NCBI GenBank assembly: GCA_002269645.1
Contig: NIVC01002066.1
Location: 124,001-188,000, forward strand
Reading direction: 5' to 3'
Length of the DNA stretch: 64,000 bases
Source: Macrostomum lignano
Lineage: Eukaryota
Numbering within the stretch: the first letter of the stretch is position 1; each line of letters begins with the position of its first letter. Below, one piece after another: positions 36,463 through 50,537 of this stretch. Under the pieces are notes generated by a model, which saw only the letters and a program-made list of their open reading frames with translations, was not told the DNA's origin and made no database searches. The position numbers were made by a program, and so were the translations under genes.

Positions 36463-36980
36463 AGGTAGCTACTCTCATCAGCCTTTAAACTTCTCAACTC
36501 CTGACAGGTAGCTACTCTCATCAGCCTTCAAACTTCTGAGCTCCTGACAGGTAGCTATTCTCATCAGCCTTCAAACTTCTGAGCTCCTGACAGGTAGCTA
36601 TTCTCATCAGCGTTCAAACTTCTGAGCTCCTGACAGGTAGCTATTCTCATCAGCGTTCAAACTTCTGAGCTCCTGACAGGTAGCTATTCTCATCAGCCTT
36701 CAAACTTCTGAGCTCCTGACAGGTAGCTATTCTCATCAGCCTTCAAACTTCTGAGCTCCTGACAGGTAGCTATTCTCATCAGCGTTCAAACTTCTGAGCT
36801 CCTGACAGGTAGCTATTCTCATCAGCGTTCAAACTTCTGAGCTCCTGACAGGTAGCTATTCTCATCAGCGTTCAAACTTCTGAGCTCCTGACAGGTAGCT
36901 ATTCTCATCAGCGTTCAAACTTCTGAGCTCCTGACAGGTAGCTACTCTCATCAGCCTTCAAACTTCTCAACTCCTGACAG
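36463..36980. repeat. 43-bp minisatellite, 12 units
   Basis: Unit GGTAGCTATTCTCATCAGC(C/G)TTCAAACTTCTGAGCTCCTGACA, head-to-tail with no spacers. Confidence 0.95.
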
Positions 36981-37709
36981 TAGGCATTTAACCTGAAATT
37001 TTGCGAAGCTTTTTTTTAGTCCAGCGATTCCCCAAGATCGATAAAACGCAGAGACACTGCAGAAATCCAGACAAGTTATTATGAAGAGTCAAGCACAGAC
37101 ACTGCAGTAAAACACAGAGCATTATACAATATATTGCTTTTTAGAACCAACTGAATAGTTGACAAACCATTATGAAAACAAATGGAGGCAAAGTTTGTCT
37201 AAAGGTACGACTATTGAAAGTCAGTCTAAGAAGACCTTGTCGACTTTTTTTAAATCTGCAGCTGTCGCCAAGTTCGTAGCTGCTTCTGACATAACAGACG
37301 ATCGATCCTATAGTTCAAGAAAAATGAGTATTTACTATGGTAGAATCTTTTGAATGAGTGCTCCATCTATTCTGATGGAGCAGAGAGATTTTAGAAAGTT
37401 GCAACAAACCGAAAAAACCGAGCAACAAAAAATGCAAACGCGGGAGAGGAGCTTCCTACTTTTTTATTGTACGTAGCAAATGGTCTATTCTTGGCATGCG
37501 CTGCTTCGTTTTAATGCTCTCTAACTAGGTTGACACAAAGCTATCATTTAACTCGATGAGCATGAAAACAGTAAGTTCAATTTTTCGGGCCATCCTGCAA
37601 GTTTTTACGGATATAAGATGCGGATTTCACAAGCTTATAAAGTCTGCTTTGTTTGTCATGAGAGCAGACTAGAAACACGTCTCGTTCGATTCTCACTGCT
37701 TAGTAGACG

Positions 37710-39009
37710 ATGCAAACCTTTACGTTGGTCTACGGCATCATCGCTTTGCTTCTAGCCACCTCACAGCAGGTGGACTGCGTGTTCTGTCCGCCAGGATGGC
37801 TGTTGACAGCCTCGCGCGGACTGTGCATCGGGACTTCGTCGTTCCAAGCCACTGAAGGCATTCCGGCAGCTGCGGCCGCTGATTTCTGCGGCAGAGCCGT
37901 CAGGCAGGCTGGTCTGGCGAGCACAGCAGCCGACCCGGATGTGCTTCGGTTGGGGCAGAAGCTGGCGAAGGGACGGCGACTGTGGGTTTCCGGCTGTTCG
38001 AAGGCTTCAATCAAACGGAATGTGTAAGTCTGCTGTCTGTCTGGTGGTGTTGTAGATAATAGTCTCGAGCTGCCCGGGCTCGATTCCAAGTGCAGTCATT
38101 AATTTGGGGCTAAATTGGAATCTCGACTTGAGTCTGCTCGTGCATGAAATTAATGGCCTTTCTTTAGCGCCAACCATCAAGGCACAGTGAAGTATATACA
38201 TGTCTAACGATAATATATTCAGGGTCCCTGTACACCTCTGTGAAAGTGTGCCTGTTTTTATGACTGATAGTTTTGTGTGCTTGCTCAGGGGAGTCGTTGG
38301 AATGAGCAGTAATGAATCTCGCCAGTTGTGTGACAATGTCTGTTAAAGGGTGCACACAGCCCCTGTCTCTAGCTAAAAAATCTGCTGTCTATGGCTGGGT
38401 CTCGCAGTTGAGGCTCATAAGCTTTGGTCGAAAATGGGCCGGGAGCAAATGGGCCGACCCACAAGGGTTAATTTCTGCATACTTTTGCCTGAGTGTAGTG
38501 CCTGCATGTGATTTTGACGAACCTTAATTGCCTTTTGGCAGTGCCGAAAGGAATCAGAGACTCGATTAAAAATAACACTGAACAACAGACGAATAGATAA
38601 ACCGTATAACTTTTCTGAATGTTGCAGCGAAAGTCGCCAGTGCTGCGCAGTCAATCCTGATGATGGAAGCATCATGCGGACAGCTTGTTCAGAGCTGCTC
38701 CTTCCTTTGTGCTCGGCGTCACCCTTGCTGAGTCGGCAGAAGCGCTTCTACTACGATTTCAGCTACACCAACGACTACTCAATATACTCTACAACAGTGC
38801 TTCCATTCACAAGCAGTCCTGATGCAGCAACGATTGTCATTGTGATTTTTGTCACTATATTACCGATAGTCCTTTTTGCGCTGCTTGTCTGGTGCTGCAT
38901 GCGCTGCTGCTGCAAGAGTAAGACGGTTGTAAAGCCAGCGCCACCGCCAGAGCCTGAACCTGAAGTTGAGGTGATCGGCATTGTGACTGTTCACACTGTG
39001 CGATATTAA
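37710..39009 (+). CDS. Type I membrane C-type-lectin-like protein with RQKR site, copy 1
   Basis: Exon 1 37710-38023 and exon 2 38628-39009 (phase 2). Signal peptide, CPPGW..LC..FC..LWVSGC..QCCAV..TAC..PLC, SRQKR, Tyr/Ser/Thr stalk, hydrophobic TM (IVIVIFVTILPIVLFALLVW), CCMRCCC and Pro-rich tail. Confidence 0.75.
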
Positions 39010-39909
39010 CGACTGCTGGCTGCTGTACATGTACGAGTCGTACGTACTTCTATTTTTCGGTATACACTAGTATTCAGTGGATGTCTTTGCAACAAATAAT
39101 CTTTAGCGACACTGCAATTGCGAGCTTAAAGGACTTAATTAATCACATTGCGCGTTTTTTTCTATGTAAGATACGTTCAAGAATATTAGATTCATGTAAA
39201 CATCTTTAATCAGCGTTACTTTCATACTCTAACAAGTTTTATTCAAATTTACTTTGTTACAGCTTTTTGAAGGAACAAATGCTTTTTTAACAAAAATTCC
39301 AACAATATACAGCTCGTACAAGGTAAACGTGTTGTTTAGTATTTTAGTTCGATATTAGTTACTCATGTTCACGAGTAGAGCAACAGACATGCATTTTGCA
39401 AGCATGCAGGCGATTAAATTTAAAATATACTCGTATTATTATTAATTTTAACGAATGCACTTCTACTCTGTTTTCCAAAGAAATATTTGTAAGCATGCAC
39501 ATTATAGCTCGCACTAAAAAGACATAAAGGTTGCAAATGCGGGAGAAAAGTGTTTTAATTTTTTAGCTCGTATTGTACGTAGCAAGTGGTCTATTCATGG
39601 CATGCGCTGCTTCATTTGAATGCTCTCTAAGCTGACTCAAAGCTCCCATTTCATTCAATGAGCACGACAACCGTCGATTCAATTTTTGGCCATCCTGCAA
39701 GTATCACGGATATATGATGCGGATTTCATTCGCTTATAAAGTTTGCTTTGTCTGTGAGCACGAAGAAAATCAATTCAATTTTCGGGGATCCTGCAAGTTT
39801 TCACGGATTTAAGATGCGGATTTCACAAGCTTATAAAGTCTACTTTGTTTTCATGAAAGCCAACAAAAAACACGTCTCGCTCGAGTCTCACTGCTAAAGC
39901 TAGTAGACG

Positions 39910-40620
39910 ATGCAAACCTTTACGCTACTCTTTAGCATCAGCGCTCTGCTTCTAGCCACCTCACAGCAGGTGGACTGCGTGTTCTGTCCGTCTGGATGGC
40001 TGTTGATAGCCTCGCGCGGACTGTGCATCGGGACTCCGTCGTTCCAAGCCACTGAAGGCATTCCGGCAGCTGCGGCCGCTGATTCCTGAGGCAGAGCCGT
40101 CAGGCAGGCTGGTCTGGCGAGCTCAGCAGCCGACCCGGATGTGCTTCAGTTGGGGCAGAAGCTAGCGAAGGGACGGCGACTGTGGGTTTCCGGCTGTTCG
40201 AATGCTTTGATCGAATGGAATGAGTAAGGCTGCTCTGCAGTATAATGCTGTTATTGAGAGTTCAGCATTTAGCACGACTGCAGACTCTCACGACTATCAG
40301 GGGTTTGATTCCCGTGTGAGCGCTAGCTGGCTCATGTTGCATGCAGAGAAAGTCGTCAGTGCTGTGCAGTCAATCCCGCTGATGGAAACATCGTGCCAAC
40401 AGCTTGTTCAGAGATGCTTCTTCCTTTGTGCTTCGCCCCTCCCTTGCTAAGTCGGCAGAAGCGCCAACAGTCAGGCAGTTCTTTTGTAGGAACGGTTATC
40501 GGTGGGATTTTCGGAGTTATTGCAACGATAATTGTTTTTGCACTTCTGATCTGGTGCTGCTGCAAAGTCTGCACAAGTAATATCGTTATTCCAGAGCCTC
40601 AGCCTGACATTGAGGACTAA
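39910..40620 (+). pseudogene. C-type-lectin-like membrane gene, copy 2, with a premature stop
   Basis: Exon 1 39910-40223 and exon 2 40347-40620. TGA at 40087-40089 replaces the conserved Cys of ADFC. The rest is open, including RQKR, TM and CCCKVC. Confidence 0.75.
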
Positions 40621-43600
40621 TTCTAGCTAGACTGTACACGTATACATGTATTGATACACTCAAACTTTATATATATCTGTAAAACAAAAAACCTTTGGCG
40701 CCACTACAAAGTGATAGGACGCGCACTGTGTGCACATACTAGTAATTACCGTATTTTTGCATATACGTGTAAATTAGATTTTGTAAATCTATCAATTATT
40801 GTAATAGTGAATTTTGAACTCTGTACAAGGACAACTAAAGCAGCCTATATTATACAGGAAGCGACACTCGCGTTTCATGGGGAAAAGTTTTGAAGGCCAC
40901 TTTAGATAAATATTTAGCTGGATACTACAGCTTTGCAAATAACATTTATTTATATTTGTTTACAAATTCTACACGGCTAATCGAACCCTTAAAAGAGCTA
41001 GAAATGGAGTTGGCACGTAATTAATTTTAGATAGTAAGGCTTACCTTGTTGAAAAAATGGGTTGCGTTAAGAAAAGTGAAATAAAAAAATAAGTTAAGCC
41101 AGAGCCGCGAATGCTTTTTTCTTAAATGAGAATAAGTTTCGACGTTCTCTGCGAAAAAAAGATATTTCCACGTGCATCCTGTAATTGCCTCGCAATATTA
41201 TTATCAAATCGGTTCTAAAATAAGCGAGTGAGTTATATTATAAATGAACATCTTGTTTCGCATGAGTCATATGCGTCGTATTATTCACTTGTACGCGTAA
41301 AACCTCAAATATATATATATACCAGGTATCGCTAACCTGGCCAGTTTGGGCCCCGCGATTTGATTTTCTCGCTCAGCTTAACCCGCGGCCTTCAGACTTT
41401 ACACATCCATTCAAAAGTGACATTGTTTGGAAAAGTGCATGGCCTTCAAAGCATTTTCCATAGATTTCAAGTTTTGCGTCCTTCTATTTTAGTAGTCCTT
41501 GAATCTGTAACGAATTTAATTCAAATTTCTCCTATTACTCGTACAGTTTTTGAAAGTTCCGATTAGTAAACTTCAACGCGTCTGCTTTTTAAACAAACTG
41601 TATCCTAGTGCATAAGCAACTTTATTGCGCGTTAGTTTGCCCTTTTTATTCATTTTTCAGAGCAAAAAGTAGATTCTTTTTGAAATACTGCAAATTACGA
41701 GCCTCGTATCATGAAACAAAAGTATAAACGCTTCTACATATGTATTTTGTCACCAAGGAAAATTGATGAAAATTCACACTCGATGCAGTGTAAATGTTTT
41801 GAAACTGCACCTCGAGCCGGTTTCGGATTTTGTAAATGAATGGAGAGCGGCTGATGAGAGAGGAAGTATGAAGCGAGCAATTTTGGCGTTTACGAAATAA
41901 TTAGTTCTGTGCTCTGTAGAGGTTTTAAAATTTACGGCTATTAATGTGAAAAAAATGAACGTACACTGTACATATTACTTACTAATGACTGTAGCGCAAG
42001 CGCTGCGATTAGGCCGCGACGCCCAAGGTAATGAGGAAGCCACGCAAGTATTCATGCAAATACTTAGCCCCCGAGAAGGTGTTTTTAGTCGTGCCTTTTT
42101 AAATCAAGGCCAGAATTAGGTGACGTGATCCTTCGCGGTCTGATCCTCTCCTACATACATGTACATGTATGCCGCAGGGAAAGACAGATGGGAGGGATCA
42201 AACCACTGCACTTTGCGACAAGAAGATGTCTTTGGAAGAATCTAATGCCAGTTTAGACCCAACAAGGACTAAATATATAGTGGCCGGGTCTTTGTTTTGG
42301 ACCTTTCATATCTCCCTAATTGAAAGGAAGGAAGAAAATAAATGGAACGAAGGAATTAGAACGAAAGGATAGAAATGAATTTGAAAAGGGACAATGTTTT
42401 GTTATTATAGTCAACCAACACACCAGCTTCTTGTATATATTGTATACACAAACGATAAAGATACTCGTAAAAATGTTAATTAATCAGCCTGGCACTCGAA
42501 AAGAGGATTGTCTTCTTATCATTTGCAAGAATATATCACAAGATTAAAACCACACTTAAAATTCGACAGAAGTCTCGAATTTGGATTTAAGGATTTAAAA
42601 ATTTTCGGTTTTAGCTAAAAGGCTTGTCTTAACAAAAATAACTATAGTTTAAAAAGCTTTGGGGAAAAATTTTTTAGGAGTGTAAAGCACTTACAATATT
42701 TTTTAAAAGTCTTATTTATCTGTATTAGATAGTTTTGATGGGTTTCGGCTTTTTCGGCCCCTTTCGGGAAGCCTTCGGGCTTCAGGTCTCAGAAATAAAT
42801 CAATTAGAGTCCTGGCCCCCCATTCCTGTCAGATGGTCAGCCCCATGGTAGCTTGATCGTGTGGCGAGCAGTCTAGGTCCTGTAGCTAAGAGAGGGACAG
42901 CGAGAGACAAGCAGGGAGAATTTTGAAGGTAGAGATAAGCTAATCCGCAGATTAGCTAACTCGCTGCCACCAGCCCGTGCGTCCTGGCTCACCAAACCAG
43001 AACTTTCGAAATCGGGCTTCCGACTACAGGGGGCTTAGCACTTACCTGCTAATTAGTGTCTTTTTGCTGTCAATCTCGAAGTCATAGCCGATGATAAGGG
43101 ACACTGCTGGGACTTGATCGCATTGGCCATGCAGGTACAGAGGGGGCTTGTGCAGGGGATTCTTGCAGTGGCGAGACTATGGGGTAGCTACATGTACTAT
43201 TACATTGCTAAATACGAGGAATTGTACTTTTGGCCTTCAACGCGCCAACCAGTCTCTCATAGCGCTGATGATAGGCTAACTCGAACATCGGAGACCGCAT
43301 GATTCACCACCCGAGCCGCTTGGCGAATCTAGAGTGCACAGAGTACATCTCTAGCGCCGATTCTGCACTATTGGCAATTTTGCTAACTGATTTGATAGAT
43401 TGATCAACTGAGAACTGCCTTGCCATTAGTCCACTGTGACCGGCGCGTACTAGCTTAGCTACTCATTTGAGCCATCGGCGAACAGAAAAATAAAACCGAT
43501 AAAAATAACTGTCAGATTTAACCTTCTCACTGATTCACTTCACACCTCAGATTGAATTGGAGTTTCAGACTACCAGCAGTATTATTGAATGACTTCTGCC

Positions 43601-45279
43601 TCAGTAACAGCACTACTGAACAAATTGAGCAAAAGTGTGCGCCTAATCCAGCTACTGAAATAGGGGACAGACAAGGGATCACCCAATCAAGCAAGTCTAG
43701 ATAGCCTTTCACCCAACCAATCAGAAACTCAACAGGAGACCAGGTAATCCACAGTGACCGAATCGGCTTAGTGCTTCGCAGCTGTAGACCCGGGATGATG
43801 CTAATGTCACAATCTTCGCAGAAAGCTAGCAGGTGATGATCTTTAACCTTGATGTTCGCTGCTGACGACCGGGGGGATTCGTCCTTGATGATGACGGGGG
43901 AGTCGCGATCCGGGGATCAAGAGACGACGGTCGCGTGTAGCAGCCGGGTGTCAGGTGACAGGTGACCGGCCAAGTTGAAGTCCGAGCGGGCCAAAAACGC
44001 CGGTTTTTATAGACGCCAATTGGACCGCAATTTGTTATAATGAAACACTTTGACGCTGATTGGCTGAGCCGATTTGTCATAACGCACGTCGAATTTTCTG
44101 ATTGGCTGAGCTTGTTGCCACCCAAAATCACGTGACCAGAAGATCCTATCAGTTCCCTCGGGGCCATAAAAATACGCGAGGTGCAGTCATAAATCACTCA
44201 AAATCACTACACAATGATTTATGACCTTTCGCGTAGGAATGACAAAATTTATGAAAAAAAGTACATTAGAAAGATTTTATTAAGTAGAAAGTGAAGATGG
44301 TGAAGAGAATTCACTAATCGCTAATCCCAAAGTACTTTTAGGAGTAAAACGCATAGCTGTCAAAGCTGTCACACGCTTGAGAGAACACGATCAATAGTCT
44401 CTGACCTCACAAATCTGATGGCCTGTCAAAAATGATGAGAAAAAAGCTACCGCCCGCATCCTCTCAGACCATCTGGCGCCAGCCTCAGCATTGATTGAGG
44501 CGCAGGTGGCTGTCAGACCAGCTCAAAAGCAATGATTTATGACCCCAAAAGTAGTAAAAACTGCACCTATGTTATTATAACTACAAGTATGGCAGATTCA
44601 TATGGCTACAAAAGTCCTACTAGTATGAATTCTAGGAAAATTACATAGAAACGAGAAAAATGCCCATAACCTTCTGTTAGTAGGCTAGCAAGTTTGGAGC
44701 CCATGTGCGAGCGTGAAATTTGGGAAAAAGTGCGTCCTCATCAGTTTCATTATCATAGTAAATTACCTACTTGTCGAAACAATTTTCATAACATTTTCAC
44801 ACAACGCTAACACTTTCAAATATTGTAACTCGTATTCATACACCATTTAAAAGTATCCAACCTTTTGAACGAGTATTAGCTCGCAAATACATCGACTTAT
44901 ACTGGCCAAACAGCCAAACTTACTACTACTACAGTACTAGCTCGTAGTAAATTCAAGCAAGTGGCCGACACTGACTCAATTCAGTGTTGAAGCGTGCCCA
45001 TTTTGTCTTTTATCAAGCTGTCTTAATAGCATGGACATGAAAGTGAAGCATATTTATACTTATACCAATTTTTTTGGTAGATACGCTCGTATTTACTTCG
45101 ATTTATTATCATTACTTATTTACTTTCATTTATCTTACGCTCGTATGGCGTTATGTTGCGCAAAATGGAGAGCTTGCGTGCACAGCAGCCATCCACCTAG
45201 TGCTTTATTTGCGTGCATGGAAGCCGGCTATTAGCCGCAGTATAGGCCTAGCTAGTGAACTGGACCCTTTCCTTCAAGT

Positions 45280-45352
45280 CCATGCTCAGCTCACCAAATG
45301 AGCCAGTCGGTCACCGCACCGCTCGAGCTCAGCCACGCACGAACAGAGTCTC
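45280..45352 (-). pseudogene. Isolated 3-prime tip and UTR of the WSC-PAN gene family
   Basis: ...ACTCTGTTCGTGCGTGGCTGAGCTCGAGCGGTGCGGTGACCGACTGGCT (TLFVRG*) is identical to the ends of the other copies; upstream similarity is lost. Confidence 0.75.
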
Positions 45353-45658
45353 ATCGGGGAGGTGACCCGTGGTCGCGAACTCGTGCTCGTGCGCCATGCA
45401 GTAGATTGAGGCATTTGAGGAACTCCCCAAACTCCTGAATCCTGAATCCCAATGCGAAATACTAATAAGGTGAAAAATGGAATTGCATCTAGTGTCTTTA
45501 ATGAAGAAGCGAAATTCGATTGCTGTCGCTCCCACTATCAGCTCCTACCAGAGATCTGTAGGAGGTGCTACAGAAGCACTGCTGACTGAGCTGTATACTA
45601 CGGGAAGCTGCTCAGAGAGCAGACCCTGCTCACTCTAGTGAGTCCTCCCATAGGCCAA

Positions 45659-46155
45659 GAATCCGCCCCCGGAATCCGCCCCCGGAATCCGCCCCCGGAA
45701 TCCGCCCCCGGAATCCGCCCCCGGAATCCGCCCCCGGAATCCGCCCCGGAATCCGCCCCCGGAATCCGCCCCCGGAATCCGCCCCCGGAATCCGCCCCCG
45801 GAATCCGCCCCCGGAATCCGCCCCCGGAATCCGCCCCGGAATCCGCCCCCGGAATCCGCCCCCGGAATCCGCCCCCGGAATCCGCCCCCGGAATCCGCCC
45901 CCGGAATCCGCCCCCGGAATCCGCCCCGGAATCCGCCCCCGGAATCCGCCCCCGGAATCCGCCCCCGGAATCCGCCCCGGAATCCGCCCCCGGAATCCGC
46001 CCCCGGAATCCGCCCCGGAATCCGCCCCCGGAATCCGCCCCCGGAATCCGCCCCCGGAATCCGCCCCCGGAATCCGCCCCCGGAATCCGCCCCGGAATCC
46101 GCCCCCGGAATCCGCCCCCGGAATCCGCCCCCGGAATCCGCCCCCGGAATCCGCC
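45659..46155. repeat. 13-bp GC-rich minisatellite GGAATCCGCCCCC, about 38 units
   Basis: Directly visible. The G5 runs on the minus strand are G-quadruplex-capable. Confidence 0.95.
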
Positions 46156-46983
46156 ATCACAATCTGCTCCCAGAACCGTCAGCTTACAAAATAATATCGT
46201 CTGTTAATGAAAAATTATTATCCGTGATTCAGAGTGAAAAAAATATTATTTTAAACTTCATTCACTTACACGAGAATGCAACTGCAGAGTTAAGTTTTTC
46301 ATAATTCCCAGTTTTAACCAGTTTCCAAGTGGTTTTATTCTTTTAATTCTATCCACCTAAACACCAGGGGTCGGCAAACTCCGTCACAGAGCCTCTCTAT
46401 CCGGCCTTTGGGTCTTCTAGAAACTTTTCAATGGCAATCGGGCCCTCTTTTTTCTTCGAGTACCCCATGCAGATTCTTTTTCTTGACGCTTGGCGAAAGC
46501 TTCCAGTCCAGAGCAGTGAAGGGGTTGCAGGTTTTGTCAGACGAACGAACTGTGAGCTATGGGTTTAATAACTCATGGGTGGCTTTGCAGTGTCTGCGAG
46601 CCTTGTCTAATATTCCTTCGGTGTATCCTAACCCTTGCAATCTAATGGCGGAATCTTTTGAATGCGTGCTCCATCTATTCGTGGAAATAAATGAAGCTTG
46701 CACTAAAGTCATAAAATTTGCATATTCGTTGCGATGTGGTTCTATCGTAAGCAAACGAGCAGGCGCTGCTTCGGTTGAATGCTCACTGGACTATTCAAAG
46801 CTCTCATTTAATTCAATGCGCACGAAAACAGTCAATTCAATTGTCCTGCCAGCCAAGTTTTCGCGGATATATAGTATATAATAAGATGCGAAAATCTCAC
46901 AAGCTGATAAGGTTTGCTTTGTGAGCCATAAAAACCAGACAAATTTCCACGTCTCATTCGAGTCTCACTGCTAAAGCTAGACG

Positions 46984-47930
46984 ATGCAAACTTTTACGTT
47001 GGTCTTCGCCATCAGCGCTTTGCTTCTAGCCGCCTCACATCAGGTGGACTGCGTGTTCTGTCCGCCAGGATGGCTGTTGACAGCCTCGCGCGGACTGTGC
47101 ATCGGGACTCCGTCATTCCAAGCCGCTGCAGGCATCCGGGCAGCTGCGGCCGCTGATTTCTGCGGCAGAGCCGTCAGGCAGGCTGGTCTGGCGAGCACAG
47201 CAGCCGACCCGGATGTGCTTCGGTTGGGGCAGAAACTGGCGAAGGGACGGCGACTGTGGGTTTCCGGCTGTTCGAAGGCTTCGATCGAACGGAATGAGTA
47301 AGGCTGCTGTCTAGTGCTGTTTTTCGTTGATTCAGTATTTAGCACGGGCCAGCCACCCCAGGCACAGCGGGTCAGGGTCCCGCTGACGAAAGCTCCCCTA
47401 GAAACTGGATTAAGATTGCTATATAGTTTATCCATCGGTTTCTACAGGAAGCTTCGACAATAAACTCTCAAGACAGTGAACCTTATTTACATGTACCTTT
47501 ATTGATCAAATATACGAATCTAAACCGTACAACTTCTCCACAATGTCGCAACTGTTGCAGTGAAAGTCGTCAGTGCTGTGCAGTCAATCCCGTTGATAGA
47601 AAAATCACGCCAACAGCTTGTTCGGAGCTGCTCCCTCCTCTGTGCTCCGCGCCTCCCTTGCTGAGTCGGCAGAAGCGGCAATACTCTTACTACTACTACT
47701 ACTTATACTCCACAACAGTGCCTTCATCATACTACTCAAGCAGTTCTTATGTAGGAACGGTTCTAGGTGTGATTTTTGGAGTTATAGTACCGATAGTGAT
47801 TGTTGTGCTTGTGATCTGGTGCTGCTGCAATTGCTGCAAAAGCAAGACGGTTGTCGTAAATCCAGTGCCTCAGCCCCAGCCTATGGGTATGGGGGTGAAC
47901 ATTGTGAATGTTCAGAATATGCAGCATTGA
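46984..47930 (+). CDS. Type I membrane C-type-lectin-like protein with RQKR site, copy 3 (intact)
   Basis: Exon 1 46984-47297 and exon 2 47561-47930 (phase 2). Same architecture: RQKR-QYSYYYYYLYSTT..., TM, CCCNCC, NPVPQPQP. Confidence 0.78.
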
Positions 47931-49254
47931 GGACTGCTATAGCTACACTCAAACTGTATATGGATGTCTCTACAACAAAAAACATTTAGCACCACTGCAA
48001 AGTGAGAGTACCTAGCTACTGTGCATGTAACTACCGTATTTCATTTTATTCCATATACATGTACGTCATATAGATTTGGTAAATATATATCATGCTTTAG
48101 TTCAAACTCTGTAACGAATTTCATAAAAAATTCTTATATTACAGTTTTTAAAAGTTGCAACTAGTAAACTGCAACGTGTCTGTTTTTTAAATAACTGTAT
48201 TTTAGTGCTTAAACAACTTTATTTTGCGTTAGTTCGCTATTTTTACTCATGTTTTAGAGCAAAAAATAGATTGCATACCGCATTATCATGAAATAAAAAA
48301 ATAAACGCTTCTATTTTGTCACCAAGGAAAAATTGGTAAAATTTCACACTCGATACAGTGTAAATGTTTTGAAGCCATTTCCCGGTAAGTGAATGTAGCG
48401 GTTGATCGGTGAAAGTATGAAGTGCGCAATTTTGGCGTTCACAAAACAAAGTTCTGTGCTCTGTAGAACTTTTAAAACTTACTGCTATAAATGTGAAATA
48501 ATGGACTTTACATACTACTTTACTATAATGACAGTAGCGCAAGCTCCGCGATTAGGCCGCAATCAGGCCCCGCGCAACCGTAAGGCAAAAAAGAAGCCTA
48601 CATGCAAAGATTAACCTTAGGGGCGCGCCCCGCCCCCACCATGCAGTAGTCAACAGGAATTCGCTGAGGAGACACCGGCGGCCGGTATCTCGAAAGAAAG
48701 TGCGAAGCTCACGGCCGTTGTCCGGGTTGGTTAGCTCGTCCATCCGCTGGTTAATGTGGCCGAGGTGTTTTGAGCCGTGCCTTTTTGAATCAAGGACAGA
48801 AGGTCCGCGGTCTTCTCTCTCCTATGCCACAGGGAAAGACAGGTGGGAGAGGGATCAAACCGCTTTGCAACAAAATATCTTTGGAAGGAAGATGGCAATT
48901 AAGACCCAATGACCACTAGAAGTTACTGGTAACTTCTAAATGTATATATGTATAGTGTTTCTTGTTAGGACCTTGCAAATCTGCCTGAGATCGGTTCTGT
49001 TACATGTATGTGAGAACAACAGATATTCAGAGACTTTCCTGTTCAGGTATGGGCATCGCAGAGCGGGTCTGCATGCTTGGCCTTAGCTGTATTCGGTGCA
49101 ACACTGGCCTGTTCCACTGGAGCTGCATGGTGTTGCTGGTGGTGCCACCTGTAGCTGCTGATATGCGGTTGTTTGCAACCTAGGCATGGGTAGCCTCATC
49201 AGACTCATGGTTGACTCAAATGGTTGACTCAAAAAGCCGCATATGGGTTGCTGC

Positions 49255-49680
49255 CCGGCAGCTCCTTGGCGAGAGAATCCGCGAGATCGCTGTCCAAGGA
49301 TATATTACTACTGTGACGTCATGGTGTCCTAATCCCGTTAAGGACTGAAAGAGATTCGTACACACTCAATACATCGCATGGTAGCATTGAGATACAGTTG
49401 CAGTGGAAATCTTCGTTGGTTAAGACCTTGATAGCGGCTTGAATATCAGTGTAAAAATGAATATTGAAATTCATTATGTTCGCCCAGCTGGAAAGCAGGT
49501 GCTGGAGCACACTGCTTAATGGCGCGAATTTCGGCTTGGAAAACCGGGGGTGTTAATTCTTACCGAGTTTCAGAATTTCTTGAAAGAGCATCATGCCCTC
49601 GTGGAATATGACGATACCCGTTCCAGCGTTGCCGTAGCACCAACAGCCGTCGTCAGTTTGAAGCAGTGGATACCCTGGCT
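49255..49680 (-). pseudogene. Relic RNase H domain of a non-LTR retrotransposon (I/LOA/R1-type)
   Basis: Broken frames read QTDDG..GNAGTG..LGKN*.PVFQAEIRAI...IHFYTDIQAAIKVL...ADSLAK, matching the TDGS / VFQAE.AI / TDSQAA / AD.LAK RNase H pattern. Confidence 0.65.
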
Positions 49681-50537
49681 GTGCTAATTCACACCAAAGA
49701 AAGGGAGGAAAGAAAGAAAGAAAGCAATAAAGAGAACGAAGGAAGAAAGAAAGGAATGCGAAAGGGGCAATGTTTTGTTTTAACCAATCACACCCCAACA
49801 GCGAAAGAGACGAACAGCAGGCAGGCAAAGGCTTATGGCCCGAAGCAGCGCGAGAGGTGGGGAAAGCGACCCCGTAGTAACGATAAGTTTATTTTGCAAG
49901 CAAACGAGATTAAAAGAAAAAGAATGTGCTTAAAAAAAATTTGAGCTGCAAAGCCAAAGCGAGCGACGGGGCACAGAGGGCGGCGTGCAAATAAATAAGC
50001 GGGTGAGCAAACCCCCCCCCACCCCACGGGGGGTAGAGAGGACGGAGCACAAAGGCGGCACAATGCACAGCGCGAGGGGTGGATGGCTAACACCCATTTC
50101 ACTCCAGGCTCACAAAAGAGCCTAAGAGAAATGGAGGCATTAACCAATCACACCCCAACAGCGAAAGAGACGAACAGCAGGCAGGCAAAGGCTTATGGCC
50201 CGAAGCAGCGCGAGAGGTGGGGAAAGCGACTCCAACCCCGAAAAAAGGAGGAGAAAAGGAGAGAACAGGAAGATAAAAACAAGGAGGCAGCAAAAGTAAG
50301 CGAAGCCAGGCCACGAACGCCAAGGTAAAACGCCAAAGGGTCAATAAAACGAGCGAGTAAGCAGTCAAGAGGCCAGGCAGGCAGCGACCTGCCGAGCTGC
50401 TGCCCGACGGCGGGCAAACGACGCCTCATCAGAGAAATACCGAAAGACGCAGTCTGAACGCCAGTCGCCCATGCAACGGATGTCGGCGATTGAGAGGCCT
50501 GACTGAAAGGCAGCGCTGGCCCCGCCTCTACGCAGAC

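Noticed and set aside
36463-36980. 43-bp repeats as a CRISPR array
   Set aside because: The units are head-to-tail with no unique spacers, no cas genes are present, and the context is eukaryotic. It is a minisatellite.
40087-40089. TGA at a conserved Cys position as selenocysteine
   Set aside because: The Cys is a structural disulfide residue of an extracellular domain, no SECIS-like hairpin was recognised, and a single C-to-A change explains it.
42800-44200. Possible LTR-element remnant on the minus strand
   Set aside because: There is a TATA-like motif and the composition is suggestive, but no termini, TSD or coding motif could be fixed, so it is not listed as a feature.
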